From the NCBI GenBank assembly GCA_041690135.1, contig JAWLHY010000009.1, positions 128,001 through 192,000 of the forward strand: a stretch of DNA of 64,000 bases, read 5' to 3'. Below, piece after piece: positions 58,833-64,000 of this stretch (position 1 is the stretch's first letter; the number at the start of each line of letters is the position of its first letter). The position numbers and the translations under genes are program-made. Below the pieces are notes generated by a model that did not search any database, was not told where the DNA came from, and worked only from the letters and a program-made list of their open reading frames with translations. This stretch comes from Armatimonadota bacterium. Lineage in GTDB: Bacteria; Armatimonadota; SYMT01.

Positions 58833-59002
58833 CTGGACAGCACCTGGACTCGCAACCACACGCCTGGGAAGCTAAGGATCCGTCAAGGAATAACGGCTAC
58901 GTCGTTCCCAGCCGACGGAGGTCGGCTTCGCCTTGTGTAGCCGGGGCACCCACTTGTGGGTCGTCACTCGCCCAACCGTAGCGGTTATCGTTTGGCAGTC
59001 CC

Positions 59003-60205
59003 TTAGCCGCCGAGGGCGTAGGTTTCGAGGCGTTCGATTTCCTGGGCGGCGGGGACGACGTGGATGGTGAACTGGGGCGCTTCTTTCCAGTCCAGGACTC
59101 GCTCCTTCTCCAGGGCCTGGTTGACGTGCATGTCGGGGGCGTCCCAGAGGAGGTCGCCGTTGCGGAAGGTGAGGTAGCGGCCGAGGTACTGGTCCACGTA
59201 GCGGTCGCGGTGCTCCTGGTAGGCCTCCACGCACCGGATACCGGCCTGGAGCTCCGCTTCCCGGGCGGCATTCCCCTCGCCGTAGGGCTTCACCTCAAAC
59301 GGCTGGCGGACCGCGGCAGGGTCTTCGCCGAGGACCTCGATCCCGGCGGGGTCGGCGATGCCGACGCCGGCGTCGTGGGCGAGGCGGATGCTGTTGCGGC
59401 GGTACCAGTGGGGGTGGTCGGGATAGTCGCCCAGGGGGTTGAAGCCCATCACCTGCATGCCGACGCTGTCCGTGGAGACGCAGTTGTCGCCGGCCAGGAG
59501 GACACCGGTCTCGATGGGGGTGCCGCGCCACTCGCCGTGGTTGGCGGTCATGATGCCGTCCACCACGCAGAGCGCGGGGCGGAAGAACATGGCCAGGTCC
59601 ACCTGCACGCGGGGGAGGCGGATGAGGCGGTCGTGGAGGTAGTGGCGGGGCTGGCCGTAGACTCGCCAGGGGGTGAGACCGAAAAGGTTCTTGATGGTGA
59701 GGGTGCAGCCGAGGGAGACGTGCGCCTTCATCTTGGCGACAGAGACGCAGGCGTCGGCATCGGCGAGATCCCGGTGGAGGCGGTACTTGCGGAACTGGAG
59801 CGGCTCTCCCGGCACCTCGACTTCCACGAAGGGGCCCTGGCCGAAGTCCACCATCCGCACGTTCGGGTAGCGGGCGGCCATCTCGAAGTAGCCGAGCTTC
59901 TCGTAGAGGGCCTGCGCGGTGTCGTCCGTGGGGGCATCCCCGATGACGATCTCCGCGTCCGTGACCTCCCGCAGCGAGCGGATGACGCCTTCCACCACCG
60001 CCGGCTCGGTCAGCTCGGTCTGGCGGCCCTGGGTGAGGCGGACGCGGTCGATGCCGATGTTCGGCTTCAGGGCGATCTTCCGCTTGCCGGCGAACCGTTT
60101 TCGCAGTCCCCCGACCATGGCGATGGCTTCCTGGGTCCGGTCCGCGATGGCGGCCTCGCTGGCGGCCGCCGGGCAGCGGAGGAGGGCGACTCTAGGCGCG
60201 GGCAT
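59003..60205 (-). CDS. DUF362 domain protein
   Basis: IALKPN, VAKMKAH, TLTIKNLFG, VVDGI, VSTDSVG. Confidence 0.88.
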   Translation of the reverse strand: MPAPRVALLRCPAAASEAAIADRTQEAIAMVGGLRKRFAGKRKIALKPNIGIDRVRLTQGRQTELTEPAVVEGVIRSLREVTDAEIVIGDAPTDDTAQALYEKLGYFEMAARYPNVRMVDFGQGPFVEVEVPGEPLQFRKYRLHRDLADADACVSVAKMKAHVSLGCTLTIKNLFGLTPWRVYGQPRHYLHDRLIRLPRVQVDLAMFFRPALCVVDGIMTANHGEWRGTPIETGVLLAGDNCVSTDSVGMQVMGFNPLGDYPDHPHWYRRNSIRLAHDAGVGIADPAGIEVLGEDPAAVRQPFEVKPYGEGNAAREAELQAGIRCVEAYQEHRDRYVDQYLGRYLTFRNGDLLWDAPDMHVNQALEKERVLDWKEAPQFTIHVVPAAQEIERLETYALGG

Positions 60206-61187
60206 TGCGCAGCTCCTGTTTCTCCATGGTCTCCATGCGCGCGATGGTCCGCTGGTAGGGCGCCAGGTCTTCCATCAGGCGGGTCATCGCATCGGTGTGG
60301 AGCACGACTTCCTCGATGTCTTGGATGATCTGGTCGGGCGCACAGGCCCGCACCTCGTCTCCCACCAGGGCCACGGCATCCTCCAGCAGGCACAACTGGT
60401 GGTTGAGGTTGACCAGCACCCGGCCGATCTTCTCCATGCCTTCCCACCGGCGCTGGAGGATGGTGAGGCGTTTTTCCAGCAGTTCTCGGGTATCGGGGTT
60501 CGCCTCCGCGGCGATGCGCGCCTCCAGGCGGTCCATCTCTTCCCGGTAGTCCCGCTGGATTTCGTCGACCATCTCTTCCGCCCAGCGGTCCGCGGCATCC
60601 AGGTGGGGGTTCACCGCGCCGCGAGGGGGCGTCTCCGCCAGCACCACCCGCAGCTTCCGCTTGCCCTCGCGCTCCCCCGTGACCTCGACATGATGGCGGG
60701 GAACCCGGGGCCCGGAGCCCCGGGCCAGCTCTTCGACCCGGTTTTCGTGGACCAACGAGAGGAGGTAGTTGCGGTACTCCGCTTCCGTGGCCGCAAAGGA
60801 GAGGAAACGCTCCAGGAGCGAGTCGACCTTGCGAACGACATTCGGAAGCCAGGTCTGGCGCACGGCCTCGCGCCCAGCAAGGTGGTCGCGGATTTCCTCC
60901 AGCCGGGTGTAGCGGTCCTGCATCTCGGGGCGCAGCTCCGGGAGTAACTGCTGCTTCAACCGCTCTCGCTTGCGGTCGGCCGCGGCCTGGACACGTCCTT
61001 CCAGGCAGGTGCGGTACCACCGGGAGCGCGGCAGGAACGCCAGGTAAGCCGTTTCCAACCCCAGGACGAGGAGCGCGGGCGCCGGGTGCTGAAAGACGAC
61101 CGCCAGGCCCGCCGCCGCCAGGAGCGCCGCCAGGTTCAGCGGTTCACGCAGTGCCTGGAGATAGGGGTGGGGGACCGGTTTTTCCAT
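60192..61187 (-). CDS. Hypothetical protein with N-terminal TM helices and coiled coils
   Basis: Hydrophobic N-terminus, charged helical body; overlaps the DUF362 start. Confidence 0.65.
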   Translation of the reverse strand: MEKPVPHPYLQALREPLNLAALLAAAGLAVVFQHPAPALLVLGLETAYLAFLPRSRWYRTCLEGRVQAAADRKRERLKQQLLPELRPEMQDRYTRLEEIRDHLAGREAVRQTWLPNVVRKVDSLLERFLSFAATEAEYRNYLLSLVHENRVEELARGSGPRVPRHHVEVTGEREGKRKLRVVLAETPPRGAVNPHLDAADRWAEEMVDEIQRDYREEMDRLEARIAAEANPDTRELLEKRLTILQRRWEGMEKIGRVLVNLNHQLCLLEDAVALVGDEVRACAPDQIIQDIEEVVLHTDAMTRLMEDLAPYQRTIARMETMEKQELRNARA

Positions 61188-61332
61188 GGGCGGTGTGGGG
61201 AACGCACCGGCGCCCAAGAGCGGCCGGAGACCGGATCTCCTTCCGGAGAAGGTGGGGAACACCCGGAGTGCAATGATCCGAGCTAAGTTCCCCGCCGGGG
61301 CCGTGGGTGCCTCCCTGGTTGGATGGGGTCCC

Positions 61333-62340
61333 CTAATCGCAGGCGATCGTCCTGCCGGAGCGGGCGCTTTCGTAGGCGGCTTCGATAATACGGCTGGCTT
61401 GCATGCCGCCCGATCCGTCATAACGCGGCGGCTCGCCCGCCAGGAGGCGCCGGGTGAAGTCGTCGAAGAGGGGGAAGTGGACGTTGTCGTGCTTCGGAAG
61501 CTCCCAGAGCTGCTCTTCGCCGTTCCGGATCAGGTGCAGCTCCGGGCCGTCGACCGGCGTGGCGCAGAGGGTGCCTTCCGTGCCGGTGATCTCGAATCGG
61601 TCGGGGGAGTGGGTCCGGTAGCCGTGGCGGGTCACGACGTGGACGCCCGAGTGCATCCGGATCAGCAGTGATTCCATATCGGGGGCCGCGATGGGCAGCT
61701 CGCGGCACTCGGCAAAGGCCGCTATCCGGTCCGGCTCGCCCAACATCCAGCAGAGGAGGTCGAGGCGGTGGCTGCCGGTGTCGACCAGGGCGCCCCCACC
61801 GGACTGCTCCGCCTGGAGGCGCCAGTTGCCCGGCTGGATGCGCGCCGGGTCGAGACGGCTGCAGAGATGGATCTCGGCCGAGACCGGCTCCCCGATGGCG
61901 CCCTGGTCGAGCAGCTCTTTCATGCGGATCAACTTCGGATAGTAGCGCCGGTAGTAAGCGACCTGAAGTGCGACCCCGTTCGCGGCGCAGGCGTCGATCA
62001 TCCGGCGGCAGTCGGCCACGCTGTTGGCCATCGGCTTCTCGCACAGGACGTGCTTGCCCGCCTCCGCCGCGGCCAGGACGTCGTCCACGTGCCGGTGGTG
62101 CTCGGTGGCCACGTAGACGGCCGTGATCTCCGGGTCGGCGAGCACCTCGGCGCGGTCGGTGGTCCAGCGCGGAGCACTGTGGCGCCGGGCGAAGTCCTGG
62201 GCCAGGGATGCGGTCCGGCTGTGGAAGACGACCGGCCGGCTCTGTTCCTGCGCGTTGATGGCGGGCGCACCGCGCTTGTCGGTGATATCCCCGCAGCCGA
62301 GGATCCCCCAGCCGACGGAGGGAATGGAACGGGAGCTCAT
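61333..62340 (-). CDS. Gfo/Idh/MocA oxidoreductase
   Basis: WGILGCG, KHVLCEKP, GGGALVDTGSH. Confidence 0.9.
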   Translation of the reverse strand: MSSRSIPSVGWGILGCGDITDKRGAPAINAQEQSRPVVFHSRTASLAQDFARRHSAPRWTTDRAEVLADPEITAVYVATEHHRHVDDVLAAAEAGKHVLCEKPMANSVADCRRMIDACAANGVALQVAYYRRYYPKLIRMKELLDQGAIGEPVSAEIHLCSRLDPARIQPGNWRLQAEQSGGGALVDTGSHRLDLLCWMLGEPDRIAAFAECRELPIAAPDMESLLIRMHSGVHVVTRHGYRTHSPDRFEITGTEGTLCATPVDGPELHLIRNGEEQLWELPKHDNVHFPLFDDFTRRLLAGEPPRYDGSGGMQASRIIEAAYESARSGRTIACD

Positions 62341-62440
62341 CGTGAGGGTTCTCCAGATAACAGCCGGAGAGGCCCCCGGCTCGGGTGCCGGGAGCCTCTT
62401 TAAGTTGCGGTCTGCGTTACGCGGCCGGACGGGCTGCGGA

Positions 62441-63865
62441 TCAGGCGGTGTTCAGCTCTTTCAGGGCGGCCTGGACTTCCGGGTCATCCGGCACCAGGGT
62501 GGCGGCATGTTCCAGGGTCTCGCGGGCGGCGAAGCGGTCGCCCTGGCTGTTCTGAATCCGGCCCAGATCTACCAGGAACGCCGGGTTCTCGGGGTCCATC
62601 TCCAGCGCCTTGCGGATCGCGTCTTCCGCCGGGCGCCACTGTTCCCGCTCGGCCAGGGTACGGGAGAGCTCCCACCAGATGAAGGGCTCCTGCGGAGCCA
62701 GCCGGGCCGCGCGGCGGAGGCAGCGTTCGGCCTCTACCGGCTCGTTGATGCGACGGTAGGCCGCGCCCAGCGGGAACCAGATTTCGCCAACGTCGGGATG
62801 AGCGTCGGCCAGCGGGCGCAGCAGCTCGATGGCCTGGGCCGGGTCATCCCCAAAGGCGAGCTGCATGCCCTGCTGGAAGATCATTTGTTCTTCGCTGGGA
62901 GCTTCCGCCTGCTGGAAGCCGTGCACCAGCGCTTCCTCCACCATTTCCCGCTGGTCGCCTTCCGGATACCGGCGCAGGAAGTGGTGCAGCACCTCCTGGG
63001 CTTCCTCGGGAGCGCCCAGTTCCGCCAGTACCCGCGCCAGGCTCCAGTGAGAAAGACCGGCTTCGGGGCGCAGCTCGATGGCCCGGCGGAAGAGCTCCTC
63101 CGCACTGGCGAGCTGATCCTCGCGCTCTTCATCCTCGACCCCCTCCTGCGACGAGAGCGCGAGGTGGCACATGCCGGCGTCCTGCACGGCTTCGTAGAGC
63201 TCGTCGTCCAGCTCCATCGCGAGTTCGTAGTGGAGCAGAGCCGATTCGATATCCTCGTTCAGCTTCTCGCGGGCGATGCGGCAGAGGTGCTCGGCCGTGC
63301 CGGGGTTCCACCCCATCACGAGATCCCGGAGCGATTCGCTCCGCTCGGCGTCGGCGGTCTCCGCCAGCTCCCGGAGTGCGCCGTAGTATACGTGGCAGAA
63401 GTTGATCTCGAGCTGGACCTGGGCGCCCTCTTCCACCCCCTGCTCAGTGAGGGGCGGATAGATCAGGACAGGCAGATCGCCCTTGAAGCTCGGGGGCAGG
63501 AAGTCCGGCCGTCCGCCCTGCAGCGGTACGACCTGGAGGTCTCCCTCGAACAGGAAGCGACCCGCGCCGTAGGATTCGAGCACCAGTCGCTGAAGCATGC
63601 CGGCCCGCTCGGGGTCTTGCGTCTGGCCCAGCTCCCGCAGGGCGCCATAGAAGATGTGCGCGGGGCTGATCTCCAGGTTGACGTTGTCGCCTTCCTGGAG
63701 GTTGCGCTCGCTGAGCGGCGGATAAACGAGGACGGGGATCGGCCCCTCGAACCACCCGGGAATGAACGGCGGGCGCTGCTCGCCTTCCGGGGCGGGAATC
63801 TGCAGGAGATCTCCGTCGTGGAGGTGCTCGGCTAGAACTTGTGCTTCGTCGACAGGTTCACTCAT
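62441..63865 (-). CDS. TPR-repeat protein with a duplicated N-terminal domain
   Basis: TPR motifs (FRRAIELRPE, RKALEMDPEN); PVLVYPPL/PVLIYPPL and YGALREL occur twice. Confidence 0.85.
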   Translation of the reverse strand: MSEPVDEAQVLAEHLHDGDLLQIPAPEGEQRPPFIPGWFEGPIPVLVYPPLSERNLQEGDNVNLEISPAHIFYGALRELGQTQDPERAGMLQRLVLESYGAGRFLFEGDLQVVPLQGGRPDFLPPSFKGDLPVLIYPPLTEQGVEEGAQVQLEINFCHVYYGALRELAETADAERSESLRDLVMGWNPGTAEHLCRIAREKLNEDIESALLHYELAMELDDELYEAVQDAGMCHLALSSQEGVEDEEREDQLASAEELFRRAIELRPEAGLSHWSLARVLAELGAPEEAQEVLHHFLRRYPEGDQREMVEEALVHGFQQAEAPSEEQMIFQQGMQLAFGDDPAQAIELLRPLADAHPDVGEIWFPLGAAYRRINEPVEAERCLRRAARLAPQEPFIWWELSRTLAEREQWRPAEDAIRKALEMDPENPAFLVDLGRIQNSQGDRFAARETLEHAATLVPDDPEVQAALKELNTA

Positions 63866-64000
63866 GGTTTCTAAAGGACGAAAAGTTGCGGGAACGGTTT
63901 CGGCGTACCCTATCGCGAATCGCGAGGAAAATCACGTCGTAGTTCATTCCCCGCCCGGGGAGTTTCTACCCGGGAGTTTGAAAGGGCCTCCGACCGGAGG

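Overview
GC-rich bacterial chromosomal window from a diderm organism. The lptC-lptA-lptB-lptF/G-DUF3084-YqgF order and a DUF1559/H-X9-DG pseudopilin suggest Armatimonadota or a related lineage; this is inference. 1-14.8 kb is mostly core: two GT-C-type membrane glycosyltransferases, a GT2, an LPS-transport operon, an aldolase, an orphan KdpE-type regulator and a DAHP synthase. The DAHP synthase is preceded by a sigma70 promoter, an aromatic-residue-rich leader peptide and a terminator, which together form an attenuator missed by the ORF track. 15-26 kb is a minus-strand run of accessory genes (bacterial PARG-like, GH2, oxidoreductase, hypotheticals). An SOS mutagenesis cassette (imuB, a small ORF, dnaE2) is split by about 8.3 kb of mosaic repeats, a MITE, VapBC, an SMI1/KNR4 gene and attC-bounded cassettes. 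39.7-58.3 kb, downstream of a tRNA-Ile2/Met(CAT), is island-like. It holds an S8 protease ending in 17 copies of (D/E)QALW(A/S), followed by a pseudopilin, a membrane-sensor HD-GYP/GAF/GGDEF protein and a REC-HD-GYP protein; this cluster is the top candidate for an undescribed peptide-to-c-di-GMP system. The island also carries a 1548-aa secreted diheme/HEAT protein, integron-type cassettes and several gene remnants. All family calls come from motif recognition by eye; no database searches were run.
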